DNA of 25,986 nucleotides, taken from IMG/VR virus record IMGVR_UViG_3300044233_005192, positions 1 through 25,986 of that record; one strand, given 5' to 3'. The notes under the pieces were generated by a model. That model did no database searches and was not told the DNA's origin. It saw only the letters and a program-made list of their open reading frames with translations. The DNA is from a virus (Duplodnaviria > Caudoviricetes). Shown here in pieces: positions 14,982 to 23,073 of the stretch. Position 1 is the stretch's first letter; every line of letters starts with the position of its first letter. Both the position numbers and the translations under genes were made by a program.

Positions 14982-15989
14982 TTGTTCCGCGGCCATGTTT
15001 TTACCTTTGGCCTCTGTCTGTATATCGAAGTGTTCTCCAAAACTCAATGCCCAATCGTTTACTTTCCTGTTCGGCAACAGGTCCGAGTGTGCTCTTAGTT
15101 TTTGCTTTTTGCATCCACGTTCTAGTAACATCTTAATGTCATGCATTTCTGTATGAGTTTTGTCTCCTAGATTAGCAGGGGCGAGATGCTCATCTCTTGA
15201 ATAAGAATAGTGCATGGTAGGCCGTTGTCCTCTCCATGAATCGATCACTCTTTTTACTCTATCGTCGTTTGCATCTATGTATTCCTCGTCTCTGATCCAG
15301 TGATGGTGAATGTCCATCACCAATGCTAGATGCTTTTCAAGTTCGAGACTTGCATCTAATCCCCAACCCATCTCGTCGTTCTCGATCGTGATCAAGTTAC
15401 GTGCCTCTGGTGAAAGTTTTGGTAGTGCATCAATAATACCTTGTGGTCCCAACCTACCGGATATATGCACGTTAATCTTGCAACCATCTTGAAAACTTAT
15501 GCCAAACCCCATCCAACGTGCCATGTCGACATGATATTCAAATTCGTCTATGCTTCGTTTCCTAATGTCCTCACTGAGACTGCTGAGCACACAGAATTGT
15601 CCAGGATGGAAACTAACTTTTACATCCAACCTACGTGCTGTATCGCCAACGGGTGCAAATATTTTTTCTAGATGGTCTTGAATGTGTTTCTGTTGCCACC
15701 AGTCTATCCAGTTTGCTTCAGTATATCCTTGAAGCATCTCTGATCCGAGTCTCACCATTCTCCTTTCTGGAGGCAGTGAACCAACACGTTCTATCATTTT
15801 TCTTGCGGCTGTGGCATTATGGTTCATTATGTCCCATTGTCTTTGTTCCGCTTGTTCAGGGTGCTCTCTCAACCAACGCATGGTCGTTGATCGGCCGTTT
15901 AAGTCTCTGTCCTTTGCATTGACCTTCATTCCGCCAAATTCTGATTCATCGTTGAGCCATTTGCAACAAAATCCTATTCGCTTGATCAT
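14955..15989 (-). CDS. uvsE: UV-damage endonuclease (UvsE/UVDE)
   Basis: RIGFCCK, RLGSE, SFHPGQFCVLSS, EFEYH, NVHISG, TIENDE, DIHHHW, RAHSD and EAKGK. Start set at MIKRIG (15989), downstream of a promoter. Confidence 0.92.
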   Translation of the reverse strand: MIKRIGFCCKWLNDESEFGGMKVNAKDRDLNGRSTTMRWLREHPEQAEQRQWDIMNHNATAARKMIERVGSLPPERRMVRLGSEMLQGYTEANWIDWWQQKHIQDHLEKIFAPVGDTARRLDVKVSFHPGQFCVLSSLSEDIRKRSIDEFEYHVDMARWMGFGISFQDGCKINVHISGRLGPQGIIDALPKLSPEARNLITIENDEMGWGLDASLELEKHLALVMDIHHHWIRDEEYIDANDDRVKRVIDSWRGQRPTMHYSYSRDEHLAPANLGDKTHTEMHDIKMLLERGCKKQKLRAHSDLLPNRKVNDWALSFGEHFDIQTEAKGKNMAAEQLYLQSIGQ

Positions 15990-15994
15990 GTCTA

Positions 15995-16022
15995 ATTTTA
16001 GCATAGATTTGGTATTTGTCAA
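15995..16022 (-). promoter_or_regulatory. Sigma70-type promoter TTGACA-N16-TAAAAT with extended -10 TG
   Basis: -35 at 16017-16022 and -10 at 15995-16000; ATG 5 nt downstream. Confidence 0.65.
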
Positions 16023-16027
16023 GTCTA

Positions 16028-17086
16028 TTACATCACTTTGTTCCATTCGGGCATCACCTTTCTGATGTCAGTGTTCCAATAGTCGTCCATTTGCCTAATA
16101 AAGTTTAACATGTCAGGATGAGATGTGTTCAAGAGGTATTTCTTATATCTCGGATCAACATGCTCGCTGAGTTCTTGGGGTAGATTGCCCGCGGCAAGTT
16201 CTATAGGTGTGATCAGCGGAATGGGTTCCTTGAAAGGGATACCTTTTGATATGCACCAATCATGAAGGACATGTATTCTACATATATTAAGAACACTTAA
16301 GGTTGATTGCACCTGTACTGCAAGTCCTTTTTCAACACTTGTCATCATATTTTTTTCGATAGTATTCCAGTTTGACTTTTGTCTAATATAATCATTTACT
16401 TCACCATGGGCCTCCAGACTGAAAGTAATGTTAGCCATTTTGAATTTTTGCAACAGGTCAAACATCTTATCATTCATCAACATGCCGTTAGTGTATATGT
16501 TCAGTTTTATCTTACCGCTGTGTCCCGAATCAACAATCCATCTCAGTAAATTTATTATTTTCTTATGATTGAAAGGTTCTCCTCCGAGAACAGTGATGTA
16601 TTTTATGTCCTCTATGTTGGTCCTTATGTACATTTCCATTTCGAGGTCGTATTCCCCCTGTGGGTCACCCTCTCTTCCAATCGCTTTCCATACGTTGTCC
16701 ACTTGGTTGCTCGCCTGTGGCACACACATTCTACATGCTAGATTGCAGGACGCACCCGAACGCATTTTTATTTCTGATATTTTGAGAGTATCGTGCTTTC
16801 TCACAAATGATTCAATCACGTCACTTTTGTCTATGGCTGACTCCATTCTAAGACTAATGTGTCCTTTATCCTCGACTTCCCAACATCTTCTGCATTGTGT
16901 GGGTCTTTCATTGTTAAGAAGTTGCCCTCTGACCTTTTTTAATTCATCGCTGTGTATCCACTCTTGTAGTGATCGGTGGTTGTGGTTGGTCAAGAATTCC
17001 GGACATGGTGATGGGTTATGAATATCTTTCCATTTCGCTCTGTCTAATGTGATGAAGGGTAGGTAGCAGAAAGTATTTTTGGTCAT
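16028..17086 (-). CDS. Radical SAM protein with N-terminal SPASM/twitch-like Cys cluster
   Basis: CNLACRMC (CX3CX2C), LGGEPF and TNG; N-terminal FCYLPF...PCP...CRRCW. Start at 17086 (ATGA overlap). Confidence 0.88.
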   Translation of the reverse strand: MTKNTFCYLPFITLDRAKWKDIHNPSPCPEFLTNHNHRSLQEWIHSDELKKVRGQLLNNERPTQCRRCWEVEDKGHISLRMESAIDKSDVIESFVRKHDTLKISEIKMRSGASCNLACRMCVPQASNQVDNVWKAIGREGDPQGEYDLEMEMYIRTNIEDIKYITVLGGEPFNHKKIINLLRWIVDSGHSGKIKLNIYTNGMLMNDKMFDLLQKFKMANITFSLEAHGEVNDYIRQKSNWNTIEKNMMTSVEKGLAVQVQSTLSVLNICRIHVLHDWCISKGIPFKEPIPLITPIELAAGNLPQELSEHVDPRYKKYLLNTSHPDMLNFIRQMDDYWNTDIRKVMPEWNKVM

Positions 17087-17784
17087 TTCCAATGCTCCAC
17101 CACAAATTCGTCTCCGCAATTGAATGGTTTGGGTTCTCCGTGGAAAACTGCGACTCTATTTTCTTCGAATATTGTTGGTGGGTGCTGAAACATCTTTTTA
17201 ACGCCTTTTACAATTTTAGTATCTTTCCTGCCTATCATTTCCCATTTGTAACTCCTTATCCATTCGTCCGGAAAAAAGTTAGTGTGTCCTTTTCCCCTGG
17301 AAGTGATCCAATCTTGATCACCGTGCATTCTACCCATTATAGAATGTGGATCCTGGGCATACTCGTTCCAGAAGAAGTCGCTAGTGCCCGTGTCCCACCT
17401 CATAACGGAACTGTTGCAAATTTTCCAATCTTTAACTCTGCACCTATTAAAATCTCGAATAATCATAAATTTTCCCGGCTCATGATCTACCAAGCAGTCG
17501 ATGTTCTTGAAAATTATTATGTCTAGATCAAAATATAATATTGTACCTTTAATTGGCAGTTTTGGACTGAACATGTAAAGTTTGCTCCACCAAGTTTTTA
17601 TTCCGGCTTCGTTAGGAAGATCAATGACATTTATGTCTGGGTCTAGACCTGTAGGGTCTTCCGTGATGCAGTGAAATTTGAAAGGCTTTGTGAGATGCCT
17701 TGAGACCATGCTCTTGAGAACATTTGCATATTGGGAAATATATTTGTTACCCCATTTTACACATACAACATGTAATTCAGACAT
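17083..17784 (-). CDS. GT-A fold glycosyltransferase (GT8-like)
   Basis: VCVKWGNKY, WWSKL, DxD motif LYFDLD, NSSVM, GDQDWI and FHGEPKP. Confidence 0.8.
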   Translation of the reverse strand: MSELHVVCVKWGNKYISQYANVLKSMVSRHLTKPFKFHCITEDPTGLDPDINVIDLPNEAGIKTWWSKLYMFSPKLPIKGTILYFDLDIIIFKNIDCLVDHEPGKFMIIRDFNRCRVKDWKICNSSVMRWDTGTSDFFWNEYAQDPHSIMGRMHGDQDWITSRGKGHTNFFPDEWIRSYKWEMIGRKDTKIVKGVKKMFQHPPTIFEENRVAVFHGEPKPFNCGDEFVVEHWK

Positions 17785-18880
17785 TTTTACTGCTCCAATC
17801 GTAACCAGGTTTCATGTATTCTATTTGCATTTTCTTCCAATCTTCGCTTTCTAGTGTGTAACTATAATGGCACTCTGTTGTCGGAGAACCATTCACTCGG
17901 ATATTTGATATATTTAAATTATTTTTCATCATGTCGTAAACTTCTAAGAATGGTTTGCCGTTAAAACATTTTTTCATATTGATTTGACCTACCTTAATAT
18001 ATCCCAACGCCAATGTTGGATTATCCCAATCGTAACCGTTATCAAATAGCCATTTCCTGAATGCGTCCATTTCTGCACGTTTAAACTCATTACGACTTTC
18101 ATTAACCGTTTGGCCCCATTCTATGTCAAATTCTCCTGACCAATACACCTGATGATTGATCTCACTACACATTGCTTCAGACATTTTTGGTGCGTCTTCG
18201 TCCCGGAACACCTCAAACAATGTTTTTCCGATCTGGCTCCAATGTAGATAAACACCTCCCAGATCTCTATCATAGCGATTTTGTTTAAACAATTCATAAT
18301 CCTCTGCCTCGAATTCGTATCTTGGGGCATTAAGAAAGGTTACAATCTGTGATGGCCTCATCCACTCTGGGTTATAGTATTTTTTCCTGTATGCTAACAC
18401 CCAACTTTCTATTTCATGGCAAATATTGTTCAATTGTCTAATGGCATATTTGGTTTCATAGTCTGCCTGTTTGTAGTGTTTTGACAGACTCCATGCATTG
18501 CCTTGCAAATCTTCAAAATATCTATGTAATAGATTACATGCTTCATGTTTCAATCTATATTCTTGTTTTTGTGAAAATTGAAAATCGTCAGTACTGAAAG
18601 GGTCTAGACGTTGATAGGGTGGATCGAATTTGAATGAGTTTATTTGTTCTACATGCTTGTTGAGATCAGTGACTAGGAATCTCAGGTCTCTATCTGAATC
18701 TGCCCATCCTAGGAAGCAAAAATTTTTTTCTAGGATTCTCTTGTGTTCAAGATTATCTTTGACTGCATTGATCCAACGTTTGCCGAGACTTGTATCATAG
18801 ACATCAATTTCAAGTTGCCTATTGTTTAGGTCTATTATGATATTATCAGATAGGAAACTAGTCTCTGGAGAAGATGGCAC
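17777..18880 (-). CDS. Hypothetical protein (about 370 aa); start uncertain, overlaps the 3' end of queD
   Basis: Long ORF; GTG at 18880 is preceded by GGAG. Confidence 0.75.
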   Translation of the reverse strand: MPSSPETSFLSDNIIIDLNNRQLEIDVYDTSLGKRWINAVKDNLEHKRILEKNFCFLGWADSDRDLRFLVTDLNKHVEQINSFKFDPPYQRLDPFSTDDFQFSQKQEYRLKHEACNLLHRYFEDLQGNAWSLSKHYKQADYETKYAIRQLNNICHEIESWVLAYRKKYYNPEWMRPSQIVTFLNAPRYEFEAEDYELFKQNRYDRDLGGVYLHWSQIGKTLFEVFRDEDAPKMSEAMCSEINHQVYWSGEFDIEWGQTVNESRNEFKRAEMDAFRKWLFDNGYDWDNPTLALGYIKVGQINMKKCFNGKPFLEVYDMMKNNLNISNIRVNGSPTTECHYSYTLESEDWKKMQIEYMKPGYDWSSKNV

Positions 18881-19307
18881 TGTTTGCTCCGTGTTCGAGA
18901 ACTTCAACACTTTCTAACCATACTCTACCTTCGCTATCTTTATCAATAATCTCACTCACGTGATTATAGATATACTCAGCAAACTTCTCACAACCAACTC
19001 CTGGCATGATATTCAAATCTATAATATCTTTTTCCTTTAGGGATTTAAAAGTTTCTAATTCGGGATCGTCTTCAGATATACATGTTGTATGATCAAAATT
19101 CTTCTTCAACCATGCTTTGATAGGTTTAAGTCCACCGAAGTCCTGAACCCAGTTCCTGTCATCTAATTCCTTTGCACCAAATTTAAAAGATACTGCGATC
19201 GAGTATCCATGCACCCATCTACAGTGAGAATGAGATGCCTTCCATTGTCTGAATGCACAACTTAAACCTTCGTTGTGATCATATTTTTTTGTTGAGTAAT
19301 AAGCCAT
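18858..19307 (-). CDS. queD: 6-carboxy-5,6,7,8-tetrahydropterin synthase (QueD/PTPS family)
   Basis: SCAFRQW...HCRWVHGY, WVQDFGGLK, FDHT, GCEKFA and EHGANSA. Confidence 0.88.
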   Translation of the reverse strand: MAYYSTKKYDHNEGLSCAFRQWKASHSHCRWVHGYSIAVSFKFGAKELDDRNWVQDFGGLKPIKAWLKKNFDHTTCISEDDPELETFKSLKEKDIIDLNIMPGVGCEKFAEYIYNHVSEIIDKDSEGRVWLESVEVLEHGANSAIFSRD

Positions 19308-19564
19308 TAGTTTATGCTCCTGTTTTTAGTTTCTGGAAAAAAATCTACGTCTAACACATTTTCGAGACTTTGTAGTTTTTCAGTTAAGTCGTTTGGTATA
19401 TCAAAATGCTTGTCAATTATTGCTTTCAGCAGATGCACCAACAACAAAAATTCTGGCAACTTTGCAATAGCCTCTGTATCGATTCCGTTTTTGTGAAAAG
19501 CATGTAGCAAAAATTCAGTGCTATCTGCAAGACATTTTATACCTAGTTCTTTATCGCTGTTCAT
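19307..19564 (-). CDS. Hypothetical protein
   Basis: 85 aa ORF, TAATG-coupled to queD; consensus promoter upstream. Confidence 0.75.
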   Translation of the reverse strand: MNSDKELGIKCLADSTEFLLHAFHKNGIDTEAIAKLPEFLLLVHLLKAIIDKHFDIPNDLTEKLQSLENVLDVDFFPETKNRSIN

Positions 19565-19570
19565 ATTGTT

Positions 19571-19598
19571 ATTATAGTTGTTATTTAGGTTTTGTCAA
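19571..19598 (-). promoter_or_regulatory. Sigma70-type promoter TTGACA-N16-TATAAT with a TAAATA in the spacer
   Basis: -35 at 19593-19598, -10 at 19571-19576, TAAATA at 19582-19587; ATG 6 nt after the -10. Confidence 0.7.
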
Positions 19599-20210
19599 TT
19601 GTTTATTAATATATTTTGCCATACCTTCGTATGACTCTTTGAATACGTTTTTCTTTTTCCACTCTTCTGGTAACTCCCACTCTGGTTCGTTAACCACTAT
19701 CCATCTGCAGTCGGGTGATTCCATTAGTTTTGCGAATTGATATATCCAATAACTAGGATCTACCGGTCTATTAATGTAGGTATAACCAGAGGTGCCTGTG
19801 TAAACGTTGTTGGGTTTTGTCTTGCTTTTTGACCATAGGTCAAATCCTAACAGGAAAATGGCCTTAGGTTTGAAAGACAATGCTACATTTCCGGCATGTG
19901 GTCCTGTGCCCCAGTGCCATGGATCGTCCTGTCTCTTGTCTCCTTCGTAAGGCAAAGGTGGTAAAGTTTTTACATTTGGCCACATTGCAAATTGAGATGA
20001 CCAGTTTGATCTTGTGTATATTGTGGTTTGTTTTCCGACTGTGTTAGCGGCCTCTTGACACATATGTTTATCACAACAAACAAAATATTCAAAATTGTAA
20101 TCTCGAAATTGTGCATTACAACCAATCACTGTGCTGATCTTTTTCAAAGGTGTAAGATCAAAACCCATACGGCTTTCTCCGTTTCCTATTATGCTTACAA
20201 ATTTTGTCAT
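19581..20210 (-). CDS. Glycosyltransferase-like protein, paralogue of 12399..13172
   Basis: SIIGNGESR, VIGCNAQFRD, GTGPHA, FLLGFDLW and NNVYTGT. Start at 20210 (TAATG overlap). Confidence 0.55.
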   Translation of the reverse strand: MTKFVSIIGNGESRMGFDLTPLKKISTVIGCNAQFRDYNFEYFVCCDKHMCQEAANTVGKQTTIYTRSNWSSQFAMWPNVKTLPPLPYEGDKRQDDPWHWGTGPHAGNVALSFKPKAIFLLGFDLWSKSKTKPNNVYTGTSGYTYINRPVDPSYWIYQFAKLMESPDCRWIVVNEPEWELPEEWKKKNVFKESYEGMAKYINKQLTKPK

Positions 20211-20449
20211 TAATCCTCTTGTACCATGTGCCAGATTGTTTTGTATTGTTTCCATGCTTTTGCGAGTGCAGGAAATTTACGTCTCAGTTTTATAGCATCA
20301 ACACCTATCATCTCAACCTCATCAGTTTCTTGTTCTCTGTCTTTGGCCAACTGCGATTGTTCAACAAGTATTCTGTCGCCGTTCGGAAGTTGCTCGTAAA
20401 CGGTCTCACCGCCATCGGGACTGACAAATATGCCACCGCCTTTTTTCAC
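20210..20449 (-). CDS. Hypothetical phage protein (SPDGGxTVY motif)
   Basis: IFVSPDGGETVY...FPALAKAWKQY. GTG 20449 overlaps the stop of the upstream small ORF (GTGA). Confidence 0.7.
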   Translation of the reverse strand: MKKGGGIFVSPDGGETVYEQLPNGDRILVEQSQLAKDREQETDEVEMIGVDAIKLRRKFPALAKAWKQYKTIWHMVQED

Positions 20450-20598
20450 CAACCCGTTCTTTTTTCTAGTTCTTTTACTTTTTTTTCTATCCATGATCTT
20501 AATTCCATTTTATTTTCTTCATCAGTGAGATAAGGTTGTAGTTCCTTCAACACTAGATAAAGTTGCCATTCTCTTGCGTTTAGACCATCATCATCCAT
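20446..20598 (-). CDS. Small hypothetical protein (50 aa)
   Basis: MDDDGLNAREWQLYLVLKELQPYLTDEENKMELRSWIEKKVKELEKRTGW; TGATG-coupled to the HIT gene. Confidence 0.65.
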   Translation of the reverse strand: MDDDGLNAREWQLYLVLKELQPYLTDEENKMELRSWIEKKVKELEKRTGW

Positions 20599-20999
20599 CA
20601 ATAATAGTCCTTATGGTCGCCTTTGGGAAAAGATAATCTAATTCCGTTTGTTCCGCCGTCGTAGTCTCCTTTGTGTCTTGGTATCACGTGTATGTGTGGC
20701 CACAGTATCGTTTGTCCTGCAGGCATTCCTATGTTTTGTCCTATGTTAAATCCTTCTGCTTTTCCTTGTTCTACAAGATCCAATCCGTATTGATAGGCTT
20801 TGCCATATGTTTCAGCAACACATTCAGTGTTATTATTTTTTGGCACGAACAACACGTGTCCGGGTGTTACAGGAAATTTGTCATCAAATAAAGCGTATGT
20901 GTCGTTCTCGAAAGTAGGCAGGTTATTGTATACCCAGGTGGTCTCTTTATACTCGTATATTGGTGTTCTGATGTTCTTTTTTATAAACTGTTCCGACAT
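20598..20999 (-). CDS. HIT (histidine triad) family nucleotide hydrolase
   Basis: DKFPVTPGHVLFVPK and GFNIGQNIGMPAGQTILWPHIHVIPR. Confidence 0.88.
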   Translation of the reverse strand: MSEQFIKKNIRTPIYEYKETTWVYNNLPTFENDTYALFDDKFPVTPGHVLFVPKNNNTECVAETYGKAYQYGLDLVEQGKAEGFNIGQNIGMPAGQTILWPHIHVIPRHKGDYDGGTNGIRLSFPKGDHKDYY

Positions 21000-21318
21000 T
21001 TTTAGTTTTGATTACTCCTATACTTATGTTACTTGAATTAGGCAAGTAATTCAATCTAATTTTATGCCAAAATTTGGTTAAAGTGACGCCTGCGTTTTCC
21101 GACTCGAGTCCCAACATCTGTATAATTGCCTTACGAACTTTCTCGGCCGGTCCGTGGTTTTTGCATGTATCAGATCTGCCCACGTGTACTATTTTATTTC
21201 CAACACGTATTTTGTAAACACAATTAAGTTTGATCCATTTCGTTTTTGGATTTTTTGAGTGCCTCAGTTTTTTTCCTTCAAAACTGTAAAAATCTTGTAT
21301 AGAATACCACTTGGTCAT
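20947..21318 (-). CDS. Hypothetical basic protein, possible GIY-YIG-like domain
   Basis: NCVYKIRVGNKIVHVGRS resembles the GIY-x(9-11)-YVG hairpin. Confidence 0.55.
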   Translation of the reverse strand: MTKWYSIQDFYSFEGKKLRHSKNPKTKWIKLNCVYKIRVGNKIVHVGRSDTCKNHGPAEKVRKAIIQMLGLESENAGVTLTKFWHKIRLNYLPNSSNISIGVIKTKNVGTVYKKEHQNTNIRV

Positions 21319-21842
21319 TTAATGCCCAGTTGCTTGAAAACTTTTTGTACTTTTTTTGCTTGGAAATAACAGTCAGCCAAGGCGTTGTGAGCGGCGTCTC
21401 TTTTCTCATTTGGATCCTTTGGAACAAGGCTGAACAGTGTCCGCGAATCTCTGATTTGCCAGTACTGCCATGGCACTGGATGGCCTAACTGTTTGTAGAT
21501 ATCTTGCAAGATGGCATAATCAAAAAGTGGACCTTGGCACCAGAACACATCTACGCCGACGCTCCATTTGTTTATTTCTTTTACCATTGAGTCTAGGCTT
21601 ATCCTATCATTATCTCCCAATGCCTCTTCTCGTATTTCTTCTGGTTGGGTTGACCACCAATCTAGAGTGTCCTGCATCACGTGTCTATCCATACCTGTCT
21701 GCGAATCTACATCAACTCTGAAGTACATTCCTTGGGCAGGCTCTGTGCTGTGATACGGATCAAATTTAACACCACCAACAGTGAGTATTACTGCATTAGG
21801 ATTAGTGCTTAAGGTTTCCAGATCTATCATTGCATGTATCAT
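21315..21842 (-). CDS. DEDDh 3'-5' exonuclease (RNase AS/DUF5051-like)
   Basis: MIDLETLST, TLDWW, QGPLFD, RDSRT and HNALADC. Confidence 0.88.
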   Translation of the reverse strand: MIHAMIDLETLSTNPNAVILTVGGVKFDPYHSTEPAQGMYFRVDVDSQTGMDRHVMQDTLDWWSTQPEEIREEALGDNDRISLDSMVKEINKWSVGVDVFWCQGPLFDYAILQDIYKQLGHPVPWQYWQIRDSRTLFSLVPKDPNEKRDAAHNALADCYFQAKKVQKVFKQLGIK

Positions 21843-21853
21843 AGGACATTGCT

Positions 21854-21882
21854 ATTATAGATTGAAAACGCATTTCTGTCAA
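21854..21882 (-). promoter_or_regulatory. Perfect sigma70 promoter TTGACA-N17-TATAAT
   Basis: -35 at 21877-21882 and -10 at 21854-21859, upstream of the exonuclease gene. Confidence 0.85.
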
Positions 21883-21893
21883 GCGTTTGGTAA

Positions 21894-22151
21894 TTAAGGT
21901 TTTGGCAACGCCATCATTTCTTCTAGATTTACAAACTCTGTTGGTTGGTACTCACGTATGTAATCTGCAAGATATTGCTCTTCCAGGCAATACATCTCAC
22001 CTGAACTCTCAGGTGCACGTAACCTTATTTCCTCCATGTATGCGTTGGCATATGCGTTGCATGTGGTGTAATCTAGCAATGGCTCGTCAATCCAGCCTAC
22101 ACTACAACTGCCCCATATACAGAAATATATGGTAACAAAAATTTTAGTCAT
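21894..22151 (-). CDS. Small 4-Cys hypothetical protein
   Basis: Hydrophobic N-terminus; C-x4-C...C...C pattern shared with its neighbour. Confidence 0.7.
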   Translation of the reverse strand: MTKIFVTIYFCIWGSCSVGWIDEPLLDYTTCNAYANAYMEEIRLRAPESSGEMYCLEEQYLADYIREYQPTEFVNLEEMMALPKP

Positions 22152-22159
22152 TTAGATTT

Positions 22160-22387
22160 CTATACATGATTACCTTGCTTGTAAAGGTATTGATTAAGAT
22201 TCTCCAATTCAATTTGATTCAAGCAGTTTACCATTCCTGCCGATCCTGGATATTCTTTTTGTGCGTACTCCGTCACAATTTGTGCCTGTATCATGCACTC
22301 ATTGTAAGAGTCGTATGCTGTCTGTTCATAAACAGTCTCACAATTAGATCCCCAACATATCATAACAACCAAAAAAAATTTCATCAT
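22160..22387 (-). CDS. Small 4-Cys hypothetical protein (paralogue of 21894..22151)
   Basis: FFLVVMICWGSNC...YNEC...GMVNCL; TAAATA at 22394-22399, 6 nt upstream. Confidence 0.7.
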   Translation of the reverse strand: MMKFFLVVMICWGSNCETVYEQTAYDSYNECMIQAQIVTEYAQKEYPGSAGMVNCLNQIELENLNQYLYKQGNHV

Positions 22388-22469
22388 GTAAAGTATTTAA
22401 GCCTAAGCATTCAAAGTAAAATACAACTATTGCATACCACGGTTGCATTCCACTAAATACACACATATT

Positions 22470-22748
22470 ATGGATTTCGTAACATTTGTAAGAGACGTGG
22501 GTTTCCCAATAGCAGGTGCCATAGCGGCAGGTGCCTTTGTGTTCATCACGCTGAAATTCATACTCGCTTCTGTGACAGGCTCTGTGAACAGTCTGAAGGC
22601 CATAATCGGAGCATTGGACAACAGGGTACAGACTATGAACAACGACCTTGTAAAGATTGATGCCCTATTGAGTTACGTTTTGAAGATCAGACCCAACGCA
22701 GACAGGATAGCGGCAAACGAAGGGAAGAACGATGCTAGACGCGACTAA
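22470..22748 (+). CDS. Small membrane protein (GFPI motif, YvrJ-like; TM helix plus coiled coil)
   Basis: MDFVTFVRDVGFPIAGAIAAGAFVFI...LDNRVQTMNNDLVKID; TAAATA at 22454-22459. Confidence 0.75.
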   Translation: MDFVTFVRDVGFPIAGAIAAGAFVFITLKFILASVTGSVNSLKAIIGALDNRVQTMNNDLVKIDALLSYVLKIRPNADRIAANEGKNDARRD

Positions 22749-23073
22749 CGATCTTGTCACTGTGATTAAGGATTTTGGCTTTCCCATTGTTGCGGCCATG
22801 GGACTGGGTTATTTCGTTTACTACATATGGAAATGGGTCACAGAAGAGATCAAGCCTGTACTCGGTGATGCCAGTTCTACCCTTATCAAACTGGTTGATA
22901 GGATTAGGATGTTAGACAACGACATGATCCGACTGAACACTAAACTGGCAATGGTGCTGGAATACAAAGAAGATATCATCAAAGAAGGTCGTTCAGACGA
23001 ACTAGACGAAATATTGAAGAAGTATAAAAGTAAGTCTGAGAGTTTCGACTCCACAGGTTATACCAAAAAATAA
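22732..23073 (+). CDS. Small membrane protein, paralogue of the upstream gene
   Basis: IKDFGFPIVAAMGLGYFVYYI...LVDRIRMLDNDMIRLN. Confidence 0.8.
   Translation: MLDATNDLVTVIKDFGFPIVAAMGLGYFVYYIWKWVTEEIKPVLGDASSTLIKLVDRIRMLDNDMIRLNTKLAMVLEYKEDIIKEGRSDELDEILKKYKSKSESFDSTGYTKK

Noticed and set aside
16028-17086. Calling the radical SAM protein QueE
   Set aside because: It is longer than typical QueE, has an N-terminal SPASM/twitch-like region and lacks QueE-type GEG and CDT motifs.
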